A DNA stretch of 63,892 bases, filler included, from Kipferlia bialata (GCA_003568945.1; 6 parts of 6 records of this genome joined end to end with filler, not necessarily neighbours in it); one strand, 5' to 3'; counted from the first letter of the whole stretch, positions 39,707 to 53,263 are shown. Translations and numbers: made by a program. Notes: generated by a model not told the origin, from the letters alone.

Positions 39707-42700
39707 GACTGTGTGTCCGTTCCATATCGTGCCTGTTTGCCTCTATCCTGACACACCACTCTGATATGTCTGTGGATGAGCTGCCCCTGTCTCTCTCTGT
39801 ACTCAAGGCACTCAATGGGGTGACATCCCCGGTTGACATGGCTGCACTCATACACACTGCCAGAGAGCATTACGAGGAGTCAGGTAATAGTTATATATTG
39901 TATTTTTACCTAATTCTTGTGTTGTTCCATGCTGCATACATATTGTAACATAGTCTTCTTCTCTAACCCCCAGAGAGCCATGAGAAGGAGCGCCTTCGGA
40001 ATGCCGAGCCAGACCTACCATCCATACATGCCCTGAGGACATACATACACAGGTGAGATACTTTATTAGTTTCTAACTAATCAGAATTACCATGACTCTT
40101 CCATACATGCCCTGCGGACATACATTCACAGGTGTGGTACAAACATAAACATATACTCTTCATTTACAAATTATACACATATTATGGAATATTACAGTTC
40201 TATTATTGTAATATGTGTCATCTCACACTAGGGAGAGAGAGATGGGTGGTGGGTATGGAGTAGGGATGACATCAGGGGAGAGAGAGAGAGATGATTTAGA
40301 TGAGTTTGAGACTCTGGAGCAGGAGGAGGAGAGGGAGAGGGAGAAGGAGAGAGAAGAGCATGTGCAAGAGCAACAGTCTGAGGAGGTGGGTGTCTAGAGA
40401 GGATATGATATGGGAATGCTTAAATTTCTGGACCTCTAACCCATTAGGACTCCGGTGTCATCTACAACTGCATGGCTCTGAGGCAGGGTCTGGATCTAGC
40501 TGTCAAGGGAGGACTGGAGGTAGAGGGTGAATCTTACGGTAGCAAGGGTAGCCCTAGAGGGTCTCGGGGTGTGAGGCATAGCGATGAGGGTGTCATCATG
40601 ATATCCTTGTGCGAGGTGTCTCTGCAAGAGTTGGCGATGCTCAGCGACATCATTCCTTCACTGTCCGGCAACCTCATAGGTGAGCGTATATATTACTACA
40701 TATGTGTGTGTGAGACCATGTGTTAAGTATATGTGTATGTGGAGACTAGTATGTGCCTCTTCGAATACTGGTGCTGACTCTCAGGTGTCCATATTGATGG
40801 CTCTGCCCCCCCTACGAGTGTCTTCCACTCCATCCTAGAAGAGGAGGCCAAGGGGGCAGCAAACACCCTAGGGGGTACATCACCACTGGCATCACCTGCT
40901 GCAGAGGGGGGAGTGGGACCAACGTCACCAGTCCTGTCAGATATAGGTAAAATTACCAATAGTCACATACTATACAATATACTCTATACTCTATATGATT
41001 TATATAACAATGTTGTGTGTGATATATATCATATGTCCATATTCTTTTCAGCTAACCCCAGCGCTTGGCCCCAAGGAGACACAGATTAGTATTATGATAT
41101 ATCTACCCACTTAAGAGTATTCCACTAACTATAGGCCTGGACCCCGAGGAGGCCGAGAGGGAGAAGGAGAGGGAGAGAGAGCGTGTCTCTGACTCTGACA
41201 TGCAGTATGAGCTGGTGTCTCTGTTCAGCTCTCTGGGTGCAGTCTATAGGTTCAGAGAGCTCAGCCTGCGGTCGGTCAACCTCACAGGTGAGAGAATACT
41301 TCTATTAGATCTAATGTAGGTGACTGTATATTATTAGTTAGTCAACCTCACAGGTGGGATGACTGTATACTTTACATATTTGTATACTTGACTCTGTGTT
41401 CCTCTAATAGCATTAGGTCTTGCCTGCGATGCCCTCGTGTGTCTATTAGACATGAATATACACATTATTGTAGTGACTTGTCTTATTCATTTTATTAGTA
41501 CTAGGCCTAGTATAGTATCTAATCCACAGGTCTTGCCTGTGATGCCCTTGTGTGTCTATTAGACCAGTCCACACACCTACACACCCTGGACCTCACAGGA
41601 TGTACACTGGATCAGGTTGGTTTATGTACTGTATTGACTATAGAAACAGGTGGTCATAAATGGTATATATTTTGGAGGTAGGACTCTTTCTACCCCCAGG
41701 ACGTTGCCCGTCTTATCGGCACTTCCATCTCTCTTATTCTCTGCATATATATGTATTGTATCTCCACTCCACTATGTTCTTACCCCAGGACGTAGCCCCT
41801 CTCATCGGTGCCTCCATCTCCAGTCTCAGACACCTCCGGCACCTATCATTGTACTCCCTCACACCCCTTGCCACCGTTGCAGCTGGCATGCCATCCCTGG
41901 ATGCACTGGTCAGACTGACACACATCGACATGGCATACTGCTACTCGCAGCGGTTCTTATCCATGATCATGGGGGTAGGGGCAGGTATGCGAAGATGTGT
42001 ATATGTCAAATGAATCTTTTGTTGTCTAATGGTGTATATATTCACACCAGGTGGCAGTGACTGTGACCCCGAGGTTGACATAGGCAGTGAGGTCATCACC
42101 AGTCCATACCCATGCACATCAGGTAGAGTATTGTAGGACAGTATATATATGAATTACAGACATATGGCTGTGCATATGAATTTGTGTCTCGCATACCCAT
42201 GTACATCAGGTGCGTTAGACGGGATTAATTATTACATGTATGTACTCTGGTGTCTGTAGTTGTGATGGTTTGTGTGCATGCCACTGTCTGGTATATATCT
42301 CACCCCAGGCCACTACGGTCTGCTCTCATCCCTCAGACACCTCACCACCCTCAATGTCACTGGGTGCCAACTGAGTGCTGAGAGGACAGCACACCTGCTG
42401 AAGGTAATGGATATACTCTGTATTGTGAGGGGAGAACAACAGTATACCATACGATATACAACATGAAGATGGGATAGTGATGGACAGCACACCTGCTGAA
42501 GGTAGGGCCATGACGTATTGTTGATTATCATATAACCGGCATCTAACCCCCTCAGGCCGTGACCCCCTCTGAGTACGGTGGATGTCCCATGCTGAAGGAG
42601 TTGAATGTCAGAAACAACACCTTCCACGCCTGCACTGCCTCTGCCCTCGCGTCCTGTCTCTCTCTCTCCCCATGTCTCACGAACCTTGATATATCCTGGT

Positions 42701-43014
42701 CCCACCTAGGCTCTAGGCTCTTCTGCCACCTCATTCCATACATCACAGACAGCAACCTGGTATCCTTGAACCTGACCTCCTGTGATCTAGGAGACGAGGC
42801 GTGTTTCAGGCTATTGGCGGCTCTTTCTGCATGTCCCACATTGAGAAGTCTCCTCTTAGACTATAACGGGATCACTCTGAAGGGTGCCAATAAGATGTTG
42901 AAGGAGGTGGCACCTGCCAAGCATGTGTCAGTCAGGATGATGGGTACCAACCCCATAAGATGTAGTCTGTTTGACAAGAGAACAGTCGGGAAACTGGTAA
43001 CACTAGACAAATAG
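39707..43014 (+). CDS. Leucine-rich repeat protein (RNI-like), 5' truncated
   Basis: Repeated LxxLxLxxN/CxL units: LHTLDLTGCTL, LTTLNVTGCQL, LKELNVRNNTF, LTNLDISWSHL, LVSLNLTSCDL, LRSLLLDYNGI; TAG at 43012-43014. Confidence 0.88.
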
Positions 43015-43123
43015 AATATTGATACGTCGTACACAATGTGTACTACACATGATGATGATTAGGATCTATTCTCTGTATTATTCCAAACCAATTGTTCAGA
43101 GAAAGAGTATCCCTTGAAGTGAT

Positions 43124-46100
43124 TCACTTCTCAGATGTAGTCACCAGCATCACCATACGAGTGTCACTGGATCCAAGGCGTCTGACCAAGACCTTCCCAT
43201 AACGCTGACTGTTACTCATGCAGATGAGATTAGTACTAGTAGAGGTGGCTAGAGGTAGCCTCACCTGAATCTTTCCGTCCTCTGGGTACAGACTGCATAC
43301 GGTTTGAACACAGGTACGTATCTGCTCACGGAGTGGATCGGCCATAATGGTCATCCTAACGCTCTCTGAGGGGTTAAGCAACCTAAGAAGGATAATGCAC
43401 GATGTACGTATGACATGGCGAAGACGTCAATCCATATGTGTGCTGGTATAGTAAGTACTTTCGGACTCTTATCAACGCGTGTGCATATCTGGATACAAAC
43501 ATGCCTTGTAGTCATTAATCTACTTACCAAAATAGTTCAGTTGCTGAAGGGTTGCGATAGCATGGAATACCATCCCGTCATCGTCCTTGTATCTATATAG
43601 GGCAGTTAGGAGCACATCCAATACCCCACTACGATGCAGTATATGCATGTCCTGGATACCTGTCCATTATATTCAATACTTTATACCTAGCTATCTCTTC
43701 AATTCCAGGCTAAGGACGATATATATATTACATGGCTATCGTGATAGTACTCACCGCAAGACTCCGTCACCCGTCGAAATAGAATTAGGACATGATCAGC
43801 AATTTCCTTAGCATCCGGAAACCGTTCGAATGCTGCAATCGCTTGAAGATGTCCGTTACCGGCCATGAAATATCGCCACCCTGCCATATTGGAAACGTTA
43901 CATGTAGGAGGACTATTTGATAGGATATATGTATGCGATATGAATCATATTATGGACATACGTTGCTATATTTGAACTAGATTCACCATTGAGACATATA
44001 CAGAACAGTTTCAATTATTCTCTCGATGCAGTAATGAATCATTACTAATGATATATATCTACCTTTGGAATCCCCGGGGTCTACCTCGCCGATGAGGTTT
44101 GTCATCGCGTAGGTACTTCTGCACACCACACCTTGGTCCCACGGATATGCACGTGCATGCCGCAATAAGAGGTCAATGAACCCTTCTTCTACCAACGGTT
44201 TAACCACTGATTGACCTGGGGAAGACAGGCGATATTCTTGGAAGTTATAACCTAGTTATAGCATACACGTATATATGTAACAGTAAGACAGCATACCCGC
44301 ACATGCTATGGAGCCCAGGACAAATGCACCATCGGAGGCAACACGATGACTTAAGAGACCTGGAGTTGAGAGGTGAAGTAGTAAACTTAGATCGACGTCC
44401 TCATGGATGTTACATAGAAACAATACATATCTGGTAGGTAGTGACTACGATACATAGAATAGTCCCACCTAATGTGTTGAATGCGTGTCCCACGATCAAC
44501 CTGGTCATATTCGTCTCCTTTTCCTCAATGTCAGAGCTGTAGCTATCTGTGTAAGAGCATATACATTCCATGACACCTGAAGCGTATACATATACATGCC
44601 ACACTCATTCACTGTATACTGGGTTACATATATCAAACCTTCTAGATCGTAGAACATCTCCACCATACTGGCCAATGCACTTTCGACTATGGGAACGAAG
44701 GCCTTCTCTCCACTTGGAGTGTACTGCCTCATAGCGCCCTGAACGATATTCAGGAGAAGATCAAAACCCCCAACCCTAGCAACGGGTCTGCACAGGGAAT
44801 AGTCTGGGGATTAGTCATCACAACTATGTATGTAACCATACTACATTGAATAGTTTAGTTTCTATAATTGATTGAAGTGGTGATTGATGAAAAATACGGA
44901 ATACGTACTTTCAAGCATGAGCTTCAAGAACTGTGTGGTAGTCTGGAATATCTCCAATGGGTTTCTGTAAGCACAGTACTTCCTGATGGCCTTAAGCAAG
45001 GGAGATACAACTCCCAGCTTCCAGAGGTAATCAGTGAATCCATGCTCTGGAATAGTTAGAAAACTGTCTGAATTACACATAGAGGGGCACTAAAGTCATG
45101 AAGTAGTACCTCAATATACACAGATAATCATCTACTAAATGGATCAAGAGCTCACACATGCCCAACATATATGTACTTACGATATACAAATAGTAGCAAT
45201 ATCATATGATGAATAGAGGGATATACCTGTCTCGACCATGTATTGGAGAACCTTCACTGTCCAGACAACAGTTTCGTCATATTCTGGATTGGGATTCTCT
45301 AGAGTGGCCTTGAGGATGTGGAGACCTGCGCACTTGGTACCAATGTACTCACAAGTAGGGAAATCTATCATGAGAGACAATGTAACGCAACGTACAAATT
45401 GGGCATCATTCATGTCTACAATATACTTATATATGTGCTACGATTATGATTACCTCCTTTGCAAAGATGTGCCAAAGCTACCGTCCCACCATGTAGGAAG
45501 AGAACTGGAAGCACTTTCATGAACTTTACAATAGAGTTTAGGCACTTGGCTTCCCTCAAAGCTTTCAGGACACCGTCTGCGGATGAGAGACACATAAGAA
45601 AATGGCGTATAGCACACATATAGATATATTCTATATATACTGAAGAGGAGTATGTATATATTCATAATACACACTACCTGAGCCTCTCTCTGCCAGTGTA
45701 GTGAGCGTGTACCAGATGAGATCACGCAGATGATCTGTAGCGTTCCTGTGGCTCATGACAGAAACCAGGCGAGGGATAACCTGACACTCACACATGATAG
45801 GGCAGAAGTCCTCATCTGATGTGAGACACTTCACTCCAACTAAGGAAAATTGTGTTTGTTCAACACATTGAGGAAACATAAACATTCTATCACAGCCTTA
45901 CCTTCACATAACATCATGTAGGATAAGAACGGGACGCACTCGTTGTACACCCCAATGTTATTTCTCTGAGTCAGAGGATGACTGTTCATGGCGGCGAGTG
46001 CCACCCTTGGATAAGCGTATGGTAATTGGTGGTAATAATTGTTCTGGTACAGTAGTACTATGATAGTACCCAAAGAGGTAGTGTATACTCCACTTTACAA

Positions 46101-47996
46101 CTAACCTGTGTACCCCTCTGTCTACTAGGAGATGCTTGTGACCTGATGTAAGAGGATACGGCATCAGCAAAGAAATATCCACAATAACACTATACGTAGG
46201 GAGTATGTACATAGATGGTTGAAACAATAGCACCAAAATATACATGTATAATATATCCTGTATTGTCTGTTCTACCTGCTATGGACCATGTGTTCATTAC
46301 ACGCATCACAGCTTCTGCAACCTGCTCATCGTCTTCTCCGTGATTGTCATTACACGCTAGCAGTACCTCCATGGCAACAGGGTCATACTCTGATAGTCAG
46401 CAACAGTGATATATTCATATTCATATTTCTATATATGTCTGTGGAAGTATGGGAAGGGGACTGGTAATAAGAGCCGTAGGTCATGCGACATACGAGGCAC
46501 TACCACAACCATATACATTCTAAACAATACCAAGTGATTGTGTATATGATACCATAGGAAGGCATACCACGATAAGTGAGGTCAGACTCTTATCTATATA
46601 TACTCTGACTATCAACATGTCATCACTAATATATGTATATCATCAATATTATGAGTACTACAATATACAATGTCCACAATATACCTCCATCTAGGTTGGA
46701 TCCCACCATGACGGCTGACAGACAGAGATCCTCATCTATCATATTCTCCATGATGATTCTGATGCAGAGAGGGAAGAGGCCCAGAGAGGCTAGGATACGC
46801 CGAGGTTGGAGCGCTGAAAGTGAGACGGATAAATTACCACCACCACCATAATACAATCTAAATACACAATACACCCCACCTGGACGCATCATTTCATATA
46901 TCTCGTCCAGTGCGTCTTGGAGGACAGCGGTACTGTAGCTACCCTGCAACATAGTACGGAGCCTCTCATTCTGCAGCCTGGCTATCAGAAGAACCCAAAC
47001 ACCCACATGCAATGGGAATATATGTACAATGAAAGAGTCATTGCAAATGTAAAAGGACATATAATACTCGACTGTGTACTACTGGGACATGAGGCGGATT
47101 CATATACATCTGTCTGACCTCAGATCACTCTCATGGATACGACGTATGGGACCTTCCACCTCTGTCACTGGTACTGATTCAACCTCTTCATCCTGGATAA
47201 GAGCTCAACAAGTATATGTAAAACCGCAGTACTATACCGGTCACAAGGATCAAACTATCTCGCCAACTTATCAATATATATGTGTATGTACATACTGAAG
47301 GTGAAAGTGTGTATCTTCATACCTGGCCAAGAATAGCTATCTGGCCAACTAGGTAAATATCCGGTAATTGATTGGATAGATCTACTCTGTATTCTGTATC
47401 AATACCTGTCCAAGTATAGTCCTGCATGCATCCAGAGGGCAATCTGACATACAAGTTGGACACTTAGATACAGGATTAGTCTCTGGAGTGAGACCACAAC
47501 ACATGTATGTATATGGGTATATATACTCATGGATAAGAAAGTTGGAAGCACAACTTATGGAAAGGGGGGTATATACTCACTGCTATACCTAGCGCGTTGG
47601 CGAGACATGTCCCATGGAACAGGTGTCCACAGGGGGTTATGAGGAATGGGTCTGGATATGAGTGATCAGAGCGCAGAGAGAGAGATAGAGCAAGGGTGAG
47701 TGACGGAGAGCAAGCGTGACTGTATACATCTCGTAGAGTGGTGGATAGAGAGAGAATAAACGATATGGAATACATCACCTTTGAAAGGGGGGGGGGGGGG
47801 GATTTCCTACTAGCTACAATGATGATGTTAGGGGGAAACTAGCTTTCACTAGTGTTGACTCTCTGTCTATATATGCATCTGTATATCTAACTACACATAC
47901 AATAGCTGAGGATACATAATATATATGTCAGAGCATGAGAGAAGATAATGCCCTACCTTCATTGTGGACCTTGCATATTGCACATGTCAATAGCAT
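43124..47996 (-). CDS. RING-H2 finger plus armadillo/HEAT-like repeat protein (putative E3 ligase)
   Basis: Spliced MLLTCAICKVHNE-DPFLITPCGHLFHGTCLANAL-ETNPVSKCPTC (C3H2C3), followed by ARM-like helices (CQVIPRLVSVM..LIWYTLTTLA, LGVVSPLLKAI, EEGFIDLLLRHA); TGA at 43124-43126. Confidence 0.8.
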
Positions 47997-48298
47997 AACC
48001 CAGCTGATGCAGCAGCAGATGCAGTCCGAAAGGTCTCACTGAGAGGGTTAAGTTTGATGTGATTCGATGTAGTCAACCCTTTTGTCAAAATGAACTTTTT
48101 GCTAGACGCTCTGTCTCGAGGTCTCCACTCCCTCTCTACCCAATCGAGCCTGGCTGCCTCTTACAAGTGCGAGAGACTTCTTGGGGTACTAGTATATACA
48201 AGCTGGAAACCTATAGGAGCTGTTAGTATCGCCACTGTGACCCATTGTGTCTGGGAGTAGCTTCCTAAAGCTCGAGAGAGAGAGAGAGAGAGAGAGAG

Positions 48299-48334
<36 letters not shown>

Positions 48335-48335
<1 letters not shown>

Positions 48336-48416
48336 TGGTAGGAGACCTGTCGGGATGGCTGCTCAAGAGGGACAGGATGCTGAGGCGGTGGCACATGCGC
48401 TACTTTGTACTCTCAG
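48335..48416 (+). CDS. PH-domain protein, first exon only
   Basis: MVGDLSGWLLKRDRMLRRWHMRYFVLSG (PH beta1-beta2 pattern GWL.K...W..RYFVL), then a GTGAG donor; the gene stops at the poly-G near 48490. Confidence 0.8.
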
Positions 48417-48674
48417 GTGAGGATCAGTCTATCAGTCAATGATACATTGGGTGTATATACTGACTCCCACTCTCACTCTGTATTCTTGGGGGGGGGGGGG
48501 GGGGGGAAGGAGGGGGGGGGGGGGGGGGCGACATCACAGTGAGAGACACTGGGAGAATAGCACACCAATACAGAACTCCCTAATATCCACTGTCCAATCA
48601 GCTACACAGGAGTGGGCGAGTGTATGTGGAGTATATAGTATGTATATATAGAAGTCTAATGAGATATATCGTAC

Positions 48675-48767
48675 CGTGCATGATCCCCCACATGCACTCC
48701 TGGCCAGTGACCCAAGTGCACCCTTGGTGACATTGGTCACAGACACAGACCTCAGTGCTGACAGCAT
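48675..48767 (-). CDS. First exon of a protein with a mitochondrial/MRO presequence-like N-terminus
   Basis: MLSALRSVSVTNVTKGALGSLARSACGGSCT has no acidic residues and is Ser/Leu/Arg-rich, followed by a GTACG donor. Confidence 0.45.
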
Positions 48768-49316
48768 TGGTATATATATGATAAAGAGGGAGACGTTCGG
48801 TGTCTTTGCTTGTCCGTCAGATTCGACGTTTGAGAGTTTGAGTCAAAACACCCACATATTGCAGCTACCCGCGTAATCCCAAGACACACCATTAATACTA
48901 ACTAATCTATTCACCCCCATTGCGTGTACCACTATACGACTCAGTAATCAGAGAGCCACATTGCGTGGTAAGTGTCAACGCAATGTAAGAGCCTAACTGC
49001 TACCAGCTTGATCTTAACTCTCACAGGAATACACCTCTGTCTCTCATTCCATACCCACATGAAAGGGCATTGTAAGAGAGTAATACGACAGGAGGAAGAT
49101 ACTTCCGCGTGCCTGGCAGTGACTGAGGAACATAGTGCATACTAGACTCACTCTCCCTTTCCGCCTCTCTCGATCTCCCTCTCTGCGGAGAGCACAAGCC
49201 GACGTGTCCAATTGTCTAGTGGACTCTCTCTCCCTCTCTAACCATCCACTCTATCTCTGTGGTTTCCGATCTCTCTGTCTCTCTCTCTCTCTCAATCCCC
49301 TCTCTCTCTGTGGTAC

Positions 49317-49396
49317 CTAGTCAATGTTGCTCTTGGATATCCGAGCCACCAGTCTCATGTATGTCACGGTGGACAGAGGGGACCGGAGGACAGTGA
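49317..49396 (-). CDS. Terminal exon of a hypothetical gene
   Basis: CTAACCGTAG acceptor then TVLRSPLSTVTYMRLVARISKSNID-TAG; frame supported by synonymous-only shadow copies. Confidence 0.65.
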
Positions 49397-49650
49397 CTAC
49401 GGTTAGAAGAGTTATATATATAGAAAATGTGGATATATGTCTAGATATGAGATGTATGTCACGGTGGAGAGAGGGGACCGGAGGACAGTGACTATGATCA
49501 GATAGGGTATATACAGAGTATTTAGGTAATCATATACAGATATGCAAGACACACGTATGTCACGGTGGATAGAGGAGAACGGAGGACAGTGACTAGAGTG
49601 AGAGGCGGGTGGGGGGGGGGGGGGGGGGGAAAAAAAAAAAAAAAAGAGGA

Positions 49651-49750
49651 NNNNNNNNNNNNNNNNNNNNNNNNNNNNNNNNNNNNNNNNNNNNTTAATT
49701 AATTAANNNNNNNNNNNNNNNNNNNNNNNNNNNNNNNNNNNNNNNNNNNN
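49651..49750. other. Artificial scaffold linker
   Basis: 100 bp of N + TTAATTAATTAA + N. Confidence 0.98.
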
Positions 49751-49801
<51 letters not shown>

Positions 49802-50159
49802 CTGATGCACTAGAAATTTATATCATGGCATTTGAGCACTCCACCTATGCTGGTGATACAACTATTATTACATATCAATGCCTACCCCACCTCCATCAGA
49901 GAACGAGTCAAAGTCGTCTCCGTAGTCAGACATTCAGACAGGGATCGAGGTCGCGTCCCTCGCCCTCTCTCTGAAGCAGCGTCTACCCTGCTCTCTACAG
50001 GTACTAGGATATGCCTCCAGTGGTGGTGTCCCCAGGAAGCAGGTGGAGAGTATGGCTGGCGGACATATACTGAAGAACCCAGATCTACACCCCTGTTTTT
50101 GAGTCGGTTCCAGACTCAATGGCCGCACTACGGCAGTCTTCTTTAGACAGGCCGTGTGG

Positions 50160-51580
50160 ATGTCTGACCACACCCCATGCGACGGGGCTCCATCCTCGGA
50201 GACCTCTGACTTTGATCTGAACCCTGTGTCGCCCCCAGCCGAGCCCTCCGATGCCCTGGTCGGTATGGATGTGTCTAAGGTGCCCCTCGACCCCTTGGCA
50301 CTTAGGATGCTGCACATGTCCATGAGGATAGGGAGGGTGTTCCTGGTGCTGGCATGCCTCGCATACGCCGTATGCACAGTCATAGCGATTCAGGTGAGAT
50401 GATATGATGCATCGTTGCATATATATACGGTACTCTACTCTATTTGGATTGCTTGAGTATTATTGTGGTCTCCCTCTCTCCCTAGGAGTCTGTCGTTGAC
50501 TACTGGCCAGACGATGCTCTGTCCAAGCTGGGAGTCCCCACTGATGAGCCTGCTAGCAGTGGTTGGTGAGTGTATCCACTCAGTCAATATCCTTTCCATG
50601 CACTCACTATCATCTCACGAGCAGTCCTACAGCAACTCTGACACAATTTCCTCCCCTTCTTCTATTCCTTAATGTTACCTTAATGTTAGGCTAGTGGTTT
50701 GATCTCTCTACCTCCCCCCCTCTCTCTCCCTCTCTCTCTACGTTTCACACGCTGTACTCTATCCAATACCCAGGTACAATGGCGGTATCATTGTGCTTGC
50801 TGGTGGCCTCCTCATCCACCACCTGCCAGTGTTCATGTGGATCCAGGTGCGCCCTCCCCTGCCTGCCAGACCCCCTAGGGAGAAGGCAGAGGGTGTCATG
50901 GGTATGGTCAAGGGTGTGCCAGGGTATGTGCTGCCCCACAAGGCAGAGGCTGTCATGTGGCAGATAGTGTCGTGGTGCCTGCTCCTTGACTTTGTGGGAC
51001 TCATGGGGTCTGGGTGAGTTGGCGTGCATATGTATATCCGTATATCGAATCATACCATAGGCAGTGTGCCATTGTGTACCTAACCCCAGGTTCCTCAATG
51101 ACAGCTATGGGTGGAAGCACCAGAAGAGTGTCACGGTGTCTGCTGTCGCTGCTATTCTGGCCCTCCTGCTCATGATACCCCTCACCTTGCACTCCAGGTA
51201 TCAGTATCAGTCATACTCTATATATAGTGTTGGTGTGACAAGTCTTGTGACAGAGCCTCCATATCTGATCACAGACGCACTGCCTGTTTCCCCCTGGGCA
51301 CCCTTGGGATGCTCCTCCTGCTAGAGCTGCTGGGCCCTAATAATGTGGGCCTTGTGCCCTATGCCGTGTATGAGCTGGGGGGCATAGTGGGTGGGTGGAG
51401 TGTGTGTCTTGCATGTGTATCCATATGGTATATATATTGTTTTGTAGATACACTTGACTGACGGTAGGTGCTGTTGGTGTCCAGGTGTCTGCCGGATACT
51501 GCTGTGTCGAGTACCCTAGGGGCTCTATTGATGTTGTACCCGTAGCAAGTGAGGATGTGAAGGAGGAGGTGGTTGTGTGA
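50160..51580 (+). CDS. Unknown multi-pass membrane protein, family paralog 1
   Basis: Six exons; LDPLALRMLHMSMRIGRVFLVLA, YNGGIIVLAGGLLIHH, WQIVSWCLLLDFVGLMGSGFLNDSYG; clear homology to the genes at 51974-53195 and 57325-58388. Confidence 0.8.
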
Positions 51581-51973
51581 GACACAGCAGATAGGTTCCG
51601 TTGCAATGTCAATGTCACTTGCATCATCACCTTCCAGTATAGCCGTTCTGTGAGTATTGTATTCCTTATAGCAGCGCAGAGTCCTTGGCAACCATATTTC
51701 ATGTATACTTGGTCGAATAGAGTGTGTGACATCTATGTGTGAAAGGTCCTGACACATGGAAGGGTGTATAGCCTCAGAGGGGAAGCTACGTTGGAGTGCA
51801 ACAATTCAGAGACTTCCAAAAGCAGTCTCGTTGACTCATATGCTGGTTGATGTATACACGAGAGGTACATATCGGACCTCTCGTGACAACAAGGAAGTCC
51901 ACACGCTGCTATGACTAAAGACCCACTGCCGCAATTTGCTCAGAGGCAGTGGCAGACTATAACTATACGCCTA

Positions 51974-53195
51974 TCAGGAAGACACCCCCCCACCCCTTGC
52001 CCACTCTACCGCTGAGTACCCTGCTACGTACTGTATACCGACCATGCCCACCAGACCCCACATCTCAAACACGGCATAGGGCATGACACCCAGGTGGTCA
52101 TCGCCTAGGGGGAGGCAGGTCAACATGAATACAGTCACACCAGCTGTGGCAAAAAGGGCACGGCTGGGGTGGGAGGGGATGTCGATTGATAGTGTTCTAC
52201 AATCATAGTGTCCACTTATGTATACACCCAACCCTCGGCATATACCGGAGTACAAGTAGATACAAAAGAGAGAGAGAGAGAGAGAGTCCCCACCCCGAGT
52301 GCATGTTGAGCGGGAACATGAGCAATAGGGCCAGGATGGCTAGGCCTGCGCTCTCCTTGATGACCTCTCGGTGCACCCTGGGTCAGTATGAGTATCAGTA
52401 TCATGGTACCGGTTGACACAGACTGATGCTACTGGTAGATACTGATACTGGTGCTACCTGCCAAAGGACCCATTGAGGAACCCGGATGCCATGAGTCCTG
52501 CAAAGTCAAGGAGCAGGAACCACGCCACCACCCTCCAGAGCACACTCTCGAGGGCTGGGGGTAGAACTAGGTACCGCCTCACCGCAGGAGACTGGTACCA
52601 CTTATCTCCTTGTGAGTGTATGGTGTCTGTCTTGGGCGGGAGGGGGGGCCTCAGAGTGACCCAGACCAGAAGGGGTATGTTGTGGATGAGCATACCCGCA
52701 CACACCACTATTAGAGCTCCATTATACCTGGGTCAATGCGACTAACGAAGACACTGGAAGAATGGAATAGAGTAGGGAATAGAGTGCTAGGGAGTGCATA
52801 TGCATCCACCCACCATCCGCTGCTTGCCGGCTCTTTGTAAGGGTTACCAAGGCACGACATCGCCTCTGAAGGCCAGATATCCTCGACTGAGTTCTGGGAT
52901 GAGAGGTATTCAAAACAAGAGTGTTACATCAGAAATGACTCCCCACCTGCACTCCAACCACACATCCCACAATGCACATGACAGATGCCAGCAGCAGGAA
53001 CACCCTGCCCAGCCGCATGGACACCCTCAGCATCCTGAGGACCAGGGGGTCAAGGGGGGGGAGGGATGGAGACACATCCTCAGTAAATTGGGGTAGAGCA
53101 GGGGCAGGAGGGGGGATAGGGTCTAAGGGGTAGTCAGAGCTCTCCTCTGCGGATAGAGTGACTAGATCAGAGGTGGGAGGTGCAGTGTCCACCAT
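51974..53195 (-). CDS. Unknown multi-pass membrane protein, family paralog 2
   Basis: LDPLVLRMLRVSMRLGRVFLLLA, YNGALIVVCAGMLIHN, WRVVAWFLLLDFAGLMASGFLNGSFG. Confidence 0.8.
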
Positions 53196-53263
53196 AACAC
53201 GGTGTAAGAGAGATGCTCAGGCAGGTTGGTCACTGGAATCTCTTTTGCCAAGGGGGCTAGCAC

